The translations under genes were made by a program, and so were the position numbers. This document shows positions 1-8,657 of a DNA stretch of 41,634 bases, one piece after another. The notes below the pieces were generated by a model. It did not search any database and was not told the DNA's origin. It saw only the letters and a list, made by a program, of their open reading frames with translations. The stretch is from Bdellovibrionota bacterium (GTDB lineage Bacteria; Bdellovibrionota; UBA1018; UBA923): assembly GCA_040754655.1 (NCBI GenBank), contig JBFMCE010000026.1, forward strand, positions 1-41,634, read 5' to 3'. Numbering within the stretch: the first letter of the stretch is position 1; each line of letters opens with the position of its first letter.

Positions 1-936
1 GTCTTTTTCACAGTACGACCGCTGGTTGAACGGCTTCTCGATGAAAACCCCGAGGGCCTTGAACACCTTCGAAAACTCTCTAAAAACCTCCCCCAAACAG
101 CAACCTCTTATGAAAACCTTGGAAAACAATTCATCTTGAATCGAGATCAACAATGGGCAAACCCAAGCCTTGCTCGCATGAACCCGTTCCTCCGATCACT
201 TTACCAAAAGGCATTTAGCGAAGGGTTTCCTCGAAGCATTCCTCGAACTGTGAAGTTTAAGCGCAAACTCGACCGTCACACTTTGATCGTGGTTCATCCT
301 ATCGCTGGATATGACCTTCATGGCGTTTCGAAATCGGCGATCGACGCCGTGGTTAGAAAGTTCAAGGCCCAGAAAAGACCCGTCATTTATCTTCTGTCTG
401 ATGATGGCGAGCAAGATATTGAAACATTTCTCGAAGACCGCCACCCCACCTACGCCACATTTTCGGCTTACGGCGAACACAACTTGCCTATTGAAAGCGA
501 TGAGATCACTTTGGTCGGAGGGTACTTCAATCAATGTCTCGGTCATGCGCTCAAAGATGCCATCAGCAGGCACGATCTTTATTCAAAAGGCGCCCTTACG
601 GCGCACTTCCACACCAACGCTATTTATGAATCGCGATCAGACCAAGAGGGAAAAAGCCTCATCTTGCATCAAACCATCAGTGCTTTTGAGCGCGAGAAAC
701 GGAAGGAAGAGTTTCTTAGGCTGATCGCCATCTCTATCCTTCTTCCAGACCCTAAGTCATTGAGACCGGCCGATTCTGGCCAACTTGAAATCACGGGTTT
801 TCCCTATTTTGACTGGCAAGGCAGTGTTTCGACGAAGGATCACAAGGTCGAACTGTATCTTGATGGCGAGCTCATCGATACCGTTGGAAAAGGAAAGCTT
901 ATTCGCCTGATGTTTTGGCAAGACAAGCAGCCTTAG
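1..936 (+). CDS. Hypothetical protein, 5'-truncated by the window edge; possibly cysteine-hydrolase/isochorismatase-like fold
   Basis: The frame of ORF 136..936 is open back to base 1 (VFFTVRPLVERLLDENP...), so the start lies upstream. The segments 'TLIVVHP', 'RPVIYL' and 'ITLVGGYFNQCL' loosely recall an isochorismatase-like fold. Confidence 0.6.
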   Translation, partial: VFFTVRPLVERLLDENPEGLEHLRKLSKNLPQTATSYENLGKQFILNRDQQWANPSLARMNPFLRSLYQKAFSEGFPRSIPRTVKFKRKLDRHTLIVVHPIAGYDLHGVSKSAIDAVVRKFKAQKRPVIYLLSDDGEQDIETFLEDRHPTYATFSAYGEHNLPIESDEITLVGGYFNQCLGHALKDAISRHDLYSKGALTAHFHTNAIYESRSDQEGKSLILHQTISAFEREKRKEEFLRLIAISILLPDPKSLRPADSGQLEITGFPYFDWQGSVSTKDHKVELYLDGELIDTVGKGKLIRLMFWQDKQP

Positions 937-2159
937 CCCGCCCGTCTCGCCCGCACCACCAATTGATACGCAACCGGAAGCGCAATCAACACGAAAGTCA
1001 TGTAGACGACAAAGTAATGCCGCGGGATGAAGTGAATGTGCGCTACCGAGTGCTGGCGCATCACCACGTTCCAAAATGCAGCCGCGAGATAAGCCAAAAC
1101 AACAGCCCCAAGCCCACGCTTGAATTCAAGCTTTGAAAGCACCTTACCGAAGTACCCCATCACCAAGAAAACCGCGCTCAATGCCATCAAATTATAGGCC
1201 GTGAACCCCGTTGCGCCATAAGTCTGACGGTTGTATTCTTTGAGCACCTTGTGCAGGCGAAGGTCACCTTGCGTAATGCCCTCAACGTGCTCGGCCCCCA
1301 CCCTAAAACGCGCCCACTGCAAAAGATTCTCAATCACCCAGAGCGGTGAACCAAAATAAAGCGAGCTAATGAAAACCTGATACACGGCACCCGTGGTTCC
1401 ACCGATCACCATCCAAACCAGAACCCTCATGCCCTGCGCTCGCGGCAGCCGCGTTAGCAGCAGACACACAAGGCTCGCGCACGAGATGAAAGTGAGCGGC
1501 ACCCAATCCAAGTCAAAAAACATTTGAAGAAGGCCAACAAAGAATCCTAACGCACGCGCTGGCCAGGGTGATTTGGGTTTTGCATTCGCTAAAGCCAAGA
1601 GGCCCGCCACCATGAAAAGATAAAACGCCATCACATAACTATGGCCGTACAGACAGATCGACCATGCGGTAAGCGACTTCGGCACCATCAGCAATCCCAA
1701 GAGCAGCACACCAGCGAGGCTTGATTTCATGAACGCCGAAAACTCTAAAACCAGCAATAAAATCGCCAAAACCGTGAGAGTGTGCGGGATCAGCCGCCCA
1801 GCCCACAAGGCGTCGCGCCCAAACACCTTCATGAATCCCGCAAGCACAAGGTCAGGACCCGCCAGGTAATGGTTGTAAACAAAAGGTTCTGTGCGTTGTT
1901 TTCCGTCAGGATCATGGCCAAAGGGCGGATATGTGGGCAGCAGGAAGTTCTTGAAAAACCCATGATCGAGATAATGGTTCGCAGCAAAAATGGTCATGCC
2001 CTCAGTGCTCGAATCGGTGTGGAAGTGCGGCCTGTTGCCGTGCCGATAGGCGAAGAGGGCGCCCGAAAACCAAAAACCCGCGAGAACGACGAGTAAGACG
2101 GTCTTATGCCACTTCGGCCAAGCCTTAAAATGCGCTCTCGTAGACTCGATCCATCTCAT
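933..2159 (-). CDS. Polytopic membrane protein, probable GT-C (ArnT/PMT-like) glycosyltransferase
   Basis: 408 aa with an N-terminal TM helix, a periplasmic loop (YNHYLAGP) and many hydrophobic segments. It starts 22 nt after the ppdK stop. Confidence 0.6.
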   Translation of the reverse strand: MRWIESTRAHFKAWPKWHKTVLLVVLAGFWFSGALFAYRHGNRPHFHTDSSTEGMTIFAANHYLDHGFFKNFLLPTYPPFGHDPDGKQRTEPFVYNHYLAGPDLVLAGFMKVFGRDALWAGRLIPHTLTVLAILLLVLEFSAFMKSSLAGVLLLGLLMVPKSLTAWSICLYGHSYVMAFYLFMVAGLLALANAKPKSPWPARALGFFVGLLQMFFDLDWVPLTFISCASLVCLLLTRLPRAQGMRVLVWMVIGGTTGAVYQVFISSLYFGSPLWVIENLLQWARFRVGAEHVEGITQGDLRLHKVLKEYNRQTYGATGFTAYNLMALSAVFLVMGYFGKVLSKLEFKRGLGAVVLAYLAAAFWNVVMRQHSVAHIHFIPRHYFVVYMTFVLIALPVAYQLVVRARRAG

Positions 2160-2181
2160 TTTGATAGAGGCCTTATCTTTT

Positions 2182-4851
2182 CTACTTTTGAGTCAAAGCC
2201 GCATGTGCTGCCGCGAGTCTCGCGATCGGCACTCGGTAAGGCGAACAGCTCACATAATCAAGGCCTGCACGATGGAAGAAGTCCACCGAAGCGGGATCCC
2301 CGCCATGTTCGCCGCAAATGCCAACCTTGAGGTCGCGCCGACGCCCCTTCCCTAACTCAATCGCCGTAGTGATGAGCCTTCCGACGCCGACTTGATCCAA
2401 CGTCACGAAGGGATCTTTCTCGTAGATCTTGCTCTCAATATAATCTCTTAAGAACATCCCACTATCGTCGCGCGACAAGCCATAAGTGGTTTGAGTGAGG
2501 TCATTCGTACCGAAGCTGTAAAAATCAGCATGCTCTGCGATTTCATCCGCAGTCAAAGCAGCCCGCGGAAGCTCGATCATCGTGCCCACCTTGTACTCAA
2601 GGCGAATGCCGTAACGGTTCATCACGTCCGTGCACTCTTTTTCGGTGTACTGGCGAATGAGCTTGAGCTCTCTCCAATCACCGACGAGCGGAATCATGAT
2701 CTCGGGAACGATGCGAAGCCCATCGTTCTTTGCCAATTCGCAAGCAGCCTCCATGATCGCACGCACTTGCACGATATAGATCTCAGGATAACTCACCCCA
2801 AGCCTGCACCCACGGTGACCTAGCATCGGGTTGAACTCGTGCAAACTCTCGGCCTTGCGTTTTAATTTTTCAAACGGAACGCCGATCTTTCCTGAAAGCG
2901 TTCGCACTTCCTCATCAGTGTGCGGTAAAAACTCATGCAATGGAGGATCTAGCAACCGGATGGTCACAGGAAGCCCGCGCATCTCACGAAAAATCCCCAG
3001 GAAATCGCTTTTTTGCATGGGAAGGATCTTCGCCAACGCGCGTTCACGACCCTCTTTGGAATCGGCCAAGATCATCTCTCGAACCGCATCGATACGATCG
3101 GATTCAAAGAACATGTGCTCAGTCCTGCAAAGACCAATGCCTTCAGCACCAAAGGTTCGCGCCACTCTCGCGTCGTGAGGAGTGTCTGCATTGGTTCTGA
3201 CGCGAAGCCTGCGGATCTCATCCACCCAAGTCATGAGCTCTTGGAAATAATGGTTCATCGCGGGAGGAATCGTTTCTACCCTGCCTGTGATGATCTCGCC
3301 GCTGCTTCCATCCAAAGTGATGTAATCACCTTCTTTGAGCACGCGGTCTGAGAGAGTCATTTCTTTGCGTTCATAAGAGATCTTAAGCGCCCCGCAGCCT
3401 GCCACGCAGCACTTGCCCATGCCACGAGCCACCACCGCGGCATGAGAGGTCATGCCACCACGAGCGGTCAGAATGCCTTCAGCGACACTCATGCCATGAA
3501 TGTCTTCAGGGCTGGTTTCGGTGCGAACCAAGATCACCTTGCGGTTCATGTCTTTGACCCACTTCTCAGCCACGCCGGGATCGAAAACAATCTGGCCCGT
3601 AGCAGCGCCTGGGCTAGCAGGCAAACCTTTGCCCAAAAGGTCTTTTTTAGCCTTGGGATCAAGCATGGGGTGCAAGAGCTGGTCAAGTTGCTCAGGTTTT
3701 ACACGAAGCACGGCTTCTTCTCTTGAGATCAAACCCTCGCGCACCATTTCTACCGCAATGCGTACCGCAGCCGCTGCCGTACGTTTGCCGTTTCGTGTTT
3801 GCAGCATGTAGAGTTTGCCCTTTTGGATGGTAAACTCGATGTCTTGCATGTCGCGATAGTGTTTCTCAAGACGCTGATAGACTTGAACCAGTTCCGCATA
3901 TGCTTGCGGCATAACGCGTTCAAGCGTCGCGAGGTCTCGATTAGCCTCATTTTTTGAAGTTTCATTGATGGGCTGAGGAGTCCGAATTCCCGCAACGACG
4001 TCTTCGCCTTGGGCATTGACCAAGAATTCGCCAAAAAACTTTTTATCGCCCGTGGATGGATCACGCGTAAATGCCACACCAGTGGCGCAATCGTCGCCCA
4101 TATTTCCGAAAACCATGGCTTGAACGTTGACGGCGGTTCCCCAACTCTCCGGGATATCATTGAGCCTGCGGTAAGTGATCGCACGTGGGTTCATCCACGA
4201 ATTGAAAACCGCGCTAATCGCTCCCCAAAGCTGGTCTAGAGGATCTTCCGGGAACTTCTCTCCGGTTTGCTCAAGAACGATTCCTTTGTATTCTTTGACA
4301 AGCGCCTTCCAGTCAGCGGCCGAGAGATCCGTGTCGGCATGCAGACCTTTCATTTCTTTCTTTCTCTCAAGCGCTTCTTCGAAAAACTGCGAGTGCACAT
4401 TCAACACCACGTCCGAGTACATGCAGATGAATCTGCGATAGCTGTCGTAAGCAAAACGTTCATCTTTTGAAGCCTGAACCATCCCATCCACGACTCGGTC
4501 GTTCAAACCCAGGTTCAAAATGGTGTCCATCATCCCAGGCATGCTGGCGCGAGCGCCAGAGCGAACAGAGACAAGAAGCGGACGTTCTGGGTCACCAAAC
4601 TTCAAGCCCATCGCGGATTCTAATTTTTTAAGAGATTCAAGAACCTGACTTTTCAACTCTTCGGGGTATTTTCGCCCACTGGCGTAATAGTGAGTGCAAA
4701 CTTCCGTTGAAATCGTGAATCCTGCAGGCACGGGCAAGCCGAGTTTTACCATGTCGTGTAGGTTGGCACCTTTTCCACCCAAAAGGTCTTTTTGAGAACC
4801 ATCCCCTTCGGCTGCACCATTGCCAAAAAAATAAGTGTATTTTTTCGCCAT
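2182..4851 (-). CDS. ppdK: Pyruvate, phosphate dikinase
   Basis: 889 aa with LLGGKGANL, PLLVSVRSGA, the phospho-His motif GGMTSHAAVVARG, GIGLCRTEHMF, SFGTNDLTQ and GICGEHGGDP. A GGAGG RBS lies upstream. Confidence 0.99.
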   Translation of the reverse strand: MAKKYTYFFGNGAAEGDGSQKDLLGGKGANLHDMVKLGLPVPAGFTISTEVCTHYYASGRKYPEELKSQVLESLKKLESAMGLKFGDPERPLLVSVRSGARASMPGMMDTILNLGLNDRVVDGMVQASKDERFAYDSYRRFICMYSDVVLNVHSQFFEEALERKKEMKGLHADTDLSAADWKALVKEYKGIVLEQTGEKFPEDPLDQLWGAISAVFNSWMNPRAITYRRLNDIPESWGTAVNVQAMVFGNMGDDCATGVAFTRDPSTGDKKFFGEFLVNAQGEDVVAGIRTPQPINETSKNEANRDLATLERVMPQAYAELVQVYQRLEKHYRDMQDIEFTIQKGKLYMLQTRNGKRTAAAAVRIAVEMVREGLISREEAVLRVKPEQLDQLLHPMLDPKAKKDLLGKGLPASPGAATGQIVFDPGVAEKWVKDMNRKVILVRTETSPEDIHGMSVAEGILTARGGMTSHAAVVARGMGKCCVAGCGALKISYERKEMTLSDRVLKEGDYITLDGSSGEIITGRVETIPPAMNHYFQELMTWVDEIRRLRVRTNADTPHDARVARTFGAEGIGLCRTEHMFFESDRIDAVREMILADSKEGRERALAKILPMQKSDFLGIFREMRGLPVTIRLLDPPLHEFLPHTDEEVRTLSGKIGVPFEKLKRKAESLHEFNPMLGHRGCRLGVSYPEIYIVQVRAIMEAACELAKNDGLRIVPEIMIPLVGDWRELKLIRQYTEKECTDVMNRYGIRLEYKVGTMIELPRAALTADEIAEHADFYSFGTNDLTQTTYGLSRDDSGMFLRDYIESKIYEKDPFVTLDQVGVGRLITTAIELGKGRRRDLKVGICGEHGGDPASVDFFHRAGLDYVSCSPYRVPIARLAAAHAALTQK

Positions 4852-4874
4852 TGGACTTAAACCCTCCAGGGCGA

Positions 4875-4903
4875 ACTATATGGAACCAAGTGGCGTCTGT
4901 CTA
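4875..4903 (-). promoter_or_regulatory. Putative sigma70 promoter of ppdK
   Basis: Minus strand reads TAGACA-N17-TATAGT, just upstream of the GGAGG RBS. Confidence 0.55.
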
Positions 4904-4965
4904 CTCGCATCTACAAGGTTTTCTAAGGGGAAAGGATGGGTCGGGTTTGAGGCCAGGAACGGGTA

Positions 4966-5001
4966 CGGAATCGGGATCGGGCACTGTTAACGGCTAACAG
5001 C
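4966..5001 (+). repeat. 36-bp direct repeat, copy 1 (left flank of the four-helix-bundle pair)
   Basis: cggaatcgggatcgggcactgttaacggctaacagc; 33/36 identical to 5713..5748. Confidence 0.9.
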
Positions 5002-5006
5002 ACAAC

Positions 5007-5303
5007 TCACCTGGGATGAACCAATCGATAGACGATTGCACCAAGACGATCAGCAATTGAAAATACCTCTTTTTGATCAAGGATTTGCAAAATACTTTGC
5101 GTTTCTCTGAGTGAGCCCAGAGCAATGGCATAAAACCTTCTTTGTTCTGGTTGAGTTGTTTTTGCAGAACCTTCGCTGAGATTTAAAACCACACTCAAGC
5201 TTGCTCGATCAAGCTGATCTTTCAGATGGCGTTTTGCCTTCAACTTCTCGCATTGCTTGTAGAGCGTAAGCGCCAATTCATAGGCTTGAAAATTTTTGAG
5301 CAT
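5007..5303 (-). CDS. Four-helix bundle protein (23S rRNA IVP/TIGR02436, bAvd-like), paralogue A
   Basis: 98 aa with the family signature LKDQLDRASLSVVLNLSEGS...RRFYAIALGSLRETQ and an AAGGAG RBS. Confidence 0.9.
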   Translation of the reverse strand: MLKNFQAYELALTLYKQCEKLKAKRHLKDQLDRASLSVVLNLSEGSAKTTQPEQRRFYAIALGSLRETQSILQILDQKEVFSIADRLGAIVYRLVHPR

Positions 5304-5312
5304 AAGTTCTTC

Positions 5313-5380
5313 TCTCCTTCATTTCAAAAAAATTGAGTTCACACCACGATGAGAACTCAATTTTTTTGAAATGAAGGAGA
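5313..5380. repeat. Perfect 28-bp inverted repeat with 12-nt spacer between the divergent paralogues
   Basis: tctccttcatttcaaaaaaattgagttc (5313-5340) and gaactcaatttttttgaaatgaaggaga (5353-5380). Each arm supplies the AAGGAG RBS for one gene. Confidence 0.95.
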
Positions 5381-5388
5381 ACATAAAG

Positions 5389-5706
5389 ATGATTCAAAAC
5401 TTTCAAGCCTATGAATTGGCATTACAACTCTACCGCAAGGTTGAGGTGATAGAATTAAAACACCATCTGAAAGATCAGCTAATGAGAGCAAGTCAGAGTG
5501 TCGTGCTTAATCTTGCAGAAGGTTCTGCAAAACCGACTTGGAAAGACAAAACAAGGTTTTATGCCATTGCGTTTGGATCAATTAGAGAAGTCCAAGCCGT
5601 ATTTGACCTGATCTCTTTAGAAGATGCTGAAACACTAAAACTTACTGATCGTATTGCAGGCTGTCTTTATCGGCTTACTTACCGCAACCGACCACCGCAT
5701 CGGTGA
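5389..5706 (+). CDS. Four-helix bundle protein (23S rRNA IVP/TIGR02436, bAvd-like), paralogue B
   Basis: Start moved from 5371 to 5389 (MIQNFQAYELAL) by alignment with paralogue A and RBS position. Signature LKDQLMRASQSVVLNLAEGS...RFYAIAFGSIREVQ. Confidence 0.9.
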   Translation: MIQNFQAYELALQLYRKVEVIELKHHLKDQLMRASQSVVLNLAEGSAKPTWKDKTRFYAIAFGSIREVQAVFDLISLEDAETLKLTDRIAGCLYRLTYRNRPPHR

Positions 5707-5712
5707 CCGATT

Positions 5713-5748
5713 CGGAATCGGGATCGGGCACCGTTAACCGCTAACGGC
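5713..5748 (+). repeat. 36-bp direct repeat, copy 2 (right flank; overlaps the bcp stop codon)
   Basis: cggaatcgggatcgggcaccgttaaccgctaacggc; 33/36 identical to 4966..5001. Confidence 0.9.
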
Positions 5749-6376
5749 TATCCGATTTCGGCATCGCACTCGGCAACGGCGACCGATTATCAGGCGAAGC
5801 GCTCACAAGCTTCAGCACAGCCTTTGAATGCCCCAACACATTCACTTCCGGAAAAACATGGCTGATCTTGCCATCAAGACCAATGATGTAAGTGACTCTC
5901 TTTGACATGATCACTCCCATCACGCCGTACTGACTCGCAACTTTTCCGCCCGTATCTGAGAGCAAAGGAAAGTTGAGCTCATGCTTTTTTGAGAAGTTTT
6001 GATGGCTTTTCACTGAGTCCACACTAACGCCAAGCACCACGGTATCTGCTCGTTTGAACTTTTCATTGTCTTCTTTAAAAGCCAAAGCTTCTTGAGTGCA
6101 ACCCGGAGTGAAGTCGCGTGGGTAAAAATAAAGCACGACCTTTTTCTTTCCTTCAAAACTTGAAAGCGTGACCTGTTCACCCGTATCTGAAGGCAGCGTA
6201 AAGTCGGGAGCTTCTGCTCCTACCTCCAGCAATCCTTCGGTGGCCCCGAATAAATTCGAGATCAAGCCGTTACTGGATTCAGCGCCTGCAGGCGCGTTTT
6301 GCTGGCAGAAGGCCTCGACCGAACAGAAGATCAACCCCAATAGAACGACTGAGAAAATTCTTGAAAACCTGCGCAT
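5741..6376 (-). CDS. bcp: Peroxiredoxin, BCP/PrxQ family, with N-terminal signal peptide
   Basis: APDFTL...VVLYFYPRDFTPGCTQEA...VLGVSVDS...NFPLLSD. The likely start is MRRFSRIFSVVLLGL at 6376, which avoids overlap with glyQS. Confidence 0.9.
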   Translation of the reverse strand: MRRFSRIFSVVLLGLIFCSVEAFCQQNAPAGAESSNGLISNLFGATEGLLEVGAEAPDFTLPSDTGEQVTLSSFEGKKKVVLYFYPRDFTPGCTQEALAFKEDNEKFKRADTVVLGVSVDSVKSHQNFSKKHELNFPLLSDTGGKVASQYGVMGVIMSKRVTYIIGLDGKISHVFPEVNVLGHSKAVLKLVSASPDNRSPLPSAMPKSDSR

Positions 6377-6386
6377 GCTCTTAAGT

Positions 6387-7715
6387 CTATACCTGAAGCG
6401 TCCAATTCGTAAGTTTTTCAGTGAGATATTCAACCAACCTTGAATTCTCGACCCGATCTTGGGTCTTAAGATCACGGTGACGCACGGTTACAGAGTTTTG
6501 CTCAAGCGTATCGAAGTCGACGGTCACGCAGAACGGAGTTCCAATCTCATCTTGGCGATAATAACGCTTTCCGATGCTTCCCGTCTCATCAAGCGTACAG
6601 CGGTATCGCTTTGAAACGTCTTTATAGATTTTCTCGGCAACTTCCATCAACCCTGGTTTTTTCATCAGCGGGAAAATCGCGACTTTATAGGCCGCAAGAT
6701 TGGGATGCACCGCCAGAAACACTCGATCGGGTTCTTGACGATAAGCATCAGCAAGCGCGACCAAAAGACTGCGGTCACACCCGGCTGAAGTTTCAACAAT
6801 GTACGGAACATAACGTTCCTTGGTGGCTTCTTCGAAGTACTCCAGTTTTTTCCCCGAATACTGCTGGTGCCTGCCGAGGTCAAAATCCGTGCGGTTATGA
6901 ATGCCTTCGAGTTCTTGCCAGCCAAAGGGAAATTCATACTCAATGTCAAATGCCCGCTTCGCGTAGTGCGCCAGCTCGCCTTGGCCATGTTCGTGGAAGC
7001 GCAATTTGGATTTGCGAATCCCATTGTTCAAGTGCCACTGGATGCGTTGTTCTTTCCAGTATTCGAACCATTTCTCGTCTTCACCGGGTTTCACGAAGAA
7101 CTGCATCTCCATTTGCTCAAACTCGCGTGTGCGAAAAATGAAGTTCCCCGGGGTAATCTCATTTCGGAACGCTTTTCCAATTTGCGCGATGCCAAATGGC
7201 ACTTTTTGCCTTGAACTCGAAGCCACGTTCAAGAAATTCACGTAAATCCCTTGAGCCGTCTCAGGTCTCAAGTAGACGATGTTCGCCTCGCTCTCGACGG
7301 GGCCCATGAAGGTCTTGAACATCAGGTTGAACATGCGTGGCTCGGTCAATTCCCCGCCGCAATCCGGGCATTTCTTTGATTTTTGATTTTCTTCGGGAAT
7401 CTTGTCTTCCCTGAAGCGCTGTTTGCACTTCTTGCAGTCTACAAGCGGATCAGTAAAACCCGAGACGTGGCCAGAAGCTTCCCATACCTTAGGATGCATC
7501 AAGATCGCGGCGTCCAGGCCTTCGACATCATCTCGATCGACCATCGTGCGCCACCAGAGTTGCTTCACATTGTTTTTCATCTCTACGCCGAGGGGGCCGT
7601 AATCCCAGCACGCGTTAATGCCGCCATAGATTTCCGAACTTTGAAAAACAACTCCGCGCCTTTTGCACAAAGACACGAGATCTTGCATATCACTCAGGCT
7701 TTTGATTTCACTCAT
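6387..7715 (-). CDS. glyQS: Glycine--tRNA ligase, alpha2 homodimeric type
   Basis: [46 protein letters not shown] and the anticodon-binding [13 protein letters not shown]. Confidence 0.98.
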   Translation of the reverse strand: MSEIKSLSDMQDLVSLCKRRGVVFQSSEIYGGINACWDYGPLGVEMKNNVKQLWWRTMVDRDDVEGLDAAILMHPKVWEASGHVSGFTDPLVDCKKCKQRFREDKIPEENQKSKKCPDCGGELTEPRMFNLMFKTFMGPVESEANIVYLRPETAQGIYVNFLNVASSSRQKVPFGIAQIGKAFRNEITPGNFIFRTREFEQMEMQFFVKPGEDEKWFEYWKEQRIQWHLNNGIRKSKLRFHEHGQGELAHYAKRAFDIEYEFPFGWQELEGIHNRTDFDLGRHQQYSGKKLEYFEEATKERYVPYIVETSAGCDRSLLVALADAYRQEPDRVFLAVHPNLAAYKVAIFPLMKKPGLMEVAEKIYKDVSKRYRCTLDETGSIGKRYYRQDEIGTPFCVTVDFDTLEQNSVTVRHRDLKTQDRVENSRLVEYLTEKLTNWTLQV

Positions 7716-7776
7716 GAAGGCGCATTTAACATGCGATTTGGGGTATTGCTAGGGCTCGTCTTACAAATAGGCGCTA

Positions 7777-8496
7777 TTATGAGTTGGCTTGGGCCTCTTG
7801 CTCGAGTTCGCCAATGAACTGATATCCAATGCTCCTGACCGTTCTCACGTAACGCGGCCTACGAGGGTCGTCTTTGAGCTTGTCGCGCAATCGAGAGACC
7901 AAGATATCCACAGACCTATCCACAGTCTCCCACTCAATGCCTCTGAGCTGATCCAAAATCAGCTCGCGAGACAAGACTTGACCAGCGTTGCTCACCAAAA
8001 GTCGCAACAGATCAAACTCGGCCGTGGTCAATTCGACGGGTTGATTGTCAAGCAAGATGCGACGGCGATTCGACTGCAAAATCAGGCCTTGAAAGCGCCA
8101 TTCCCTTGTTTCGAGATCCAAGAGCATATGGTCTCTCACCGGCGCCCGTCTTAAGATCGACTGAATCCGCGCCGCAAGTTCACGTGGTTCGATCGGTTTC
8201 GAAAGATGATCGTCAGCGCCTGATTCCAGCGCTTCAACCCGCTGTGAAATGTCAGTCGCATTGGTCGTAAGGATCAGCGGCACTTGGGATTCTCTTCGAA
8301 TTCTCTTCACAAGCTCGAGAGCGTCTATTCCCGAATTTAAAATAATGAGGTGCGGCGCGCTTGGCTCTCTCAGAAAACGGGTGTCGCTAAATTCAGCCAA
8401 CGCATTTACTTCGAAGCCCTGGGCCAGCAAATGCTCTCTCAAGGCTTGCACCCATTTTGAGTCAGAATCAATAATCAGGAGTCGTGATTTACGCAT
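7777..8496 (-). CDS. OmpR/PhoB-family response regulator with atypical receiver domain
   Basis: Winged-helix motifs LTTAEFDLL, DRSVDILVSRLRDKL and RTVRSIGY; receiver motif GADDHLSKP. The likely start is MRKSRLLIID at 8496. Confidence 0.9.
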   Translation of the reverse strand: MRKSRLLIIDSDSKWVQALREHLLAQGFEVNALAEFSDTRFLREPSAPHLIILNSGIDALELVKRIRRESQVPLILTTNATDISQRVEALESGADDHLSKPIEPRELAARIQSILRRAPVRDHMLLDLETREWRFQGLILQSNRRRILLDNQPVELTTAEFDLLRLLVSNAGQVLSRELILDQLRGIEWETVDRSVDILVSRLRDKLKDDPRRPRYVRTVRSIGYQFIGELEQEAQANS

Positions 8497-8657
8497 AGTT
8501 GTTTTGCTTTTTAAGAAAGTGTTACCCGACTTCGTATGGTGCAGCGAATCAAAACACGCAACAATTTGTATTGAACCCCTGCGTCGCCCACACAACGAAC
8601 ACAAAAGTTATAAAAGAAAATTATTCAGCTATTATGAATTTGAAAAAAATATCTTCT

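Noticed and set aside
5007..5706. Diversity-generating retroelement (Avd-like genes, or a TR/VR pair)
   Set aside because: No reverse transcriptase in the window, and the differences between the paralogues are not adenine-specific.
5007..5706. 23S rRNA intervening sequence
   Set aside because: The flanks are protein-coding genes (ppdK, bcp) and no rRNA sequence is present.
4966..5748. CRISPR array or classical IS element
   Set aside because: Only two repeat copies 747 bp apart, no spacers or cas genes, no transposase and no terminal inverted repeats.
6377..6475. Longer bcp start overlapping glyQS
   Set aside because: It would overlap glyQS by about 90 nt, and the downstream ATG gives a coherent signal peptide.
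8497..8604. Cys-containing N-terminal extension of the response regulator
   Set aside because: The receiver fold begins at MRKSRLLIID; the extension looks like open intergenic sequence.
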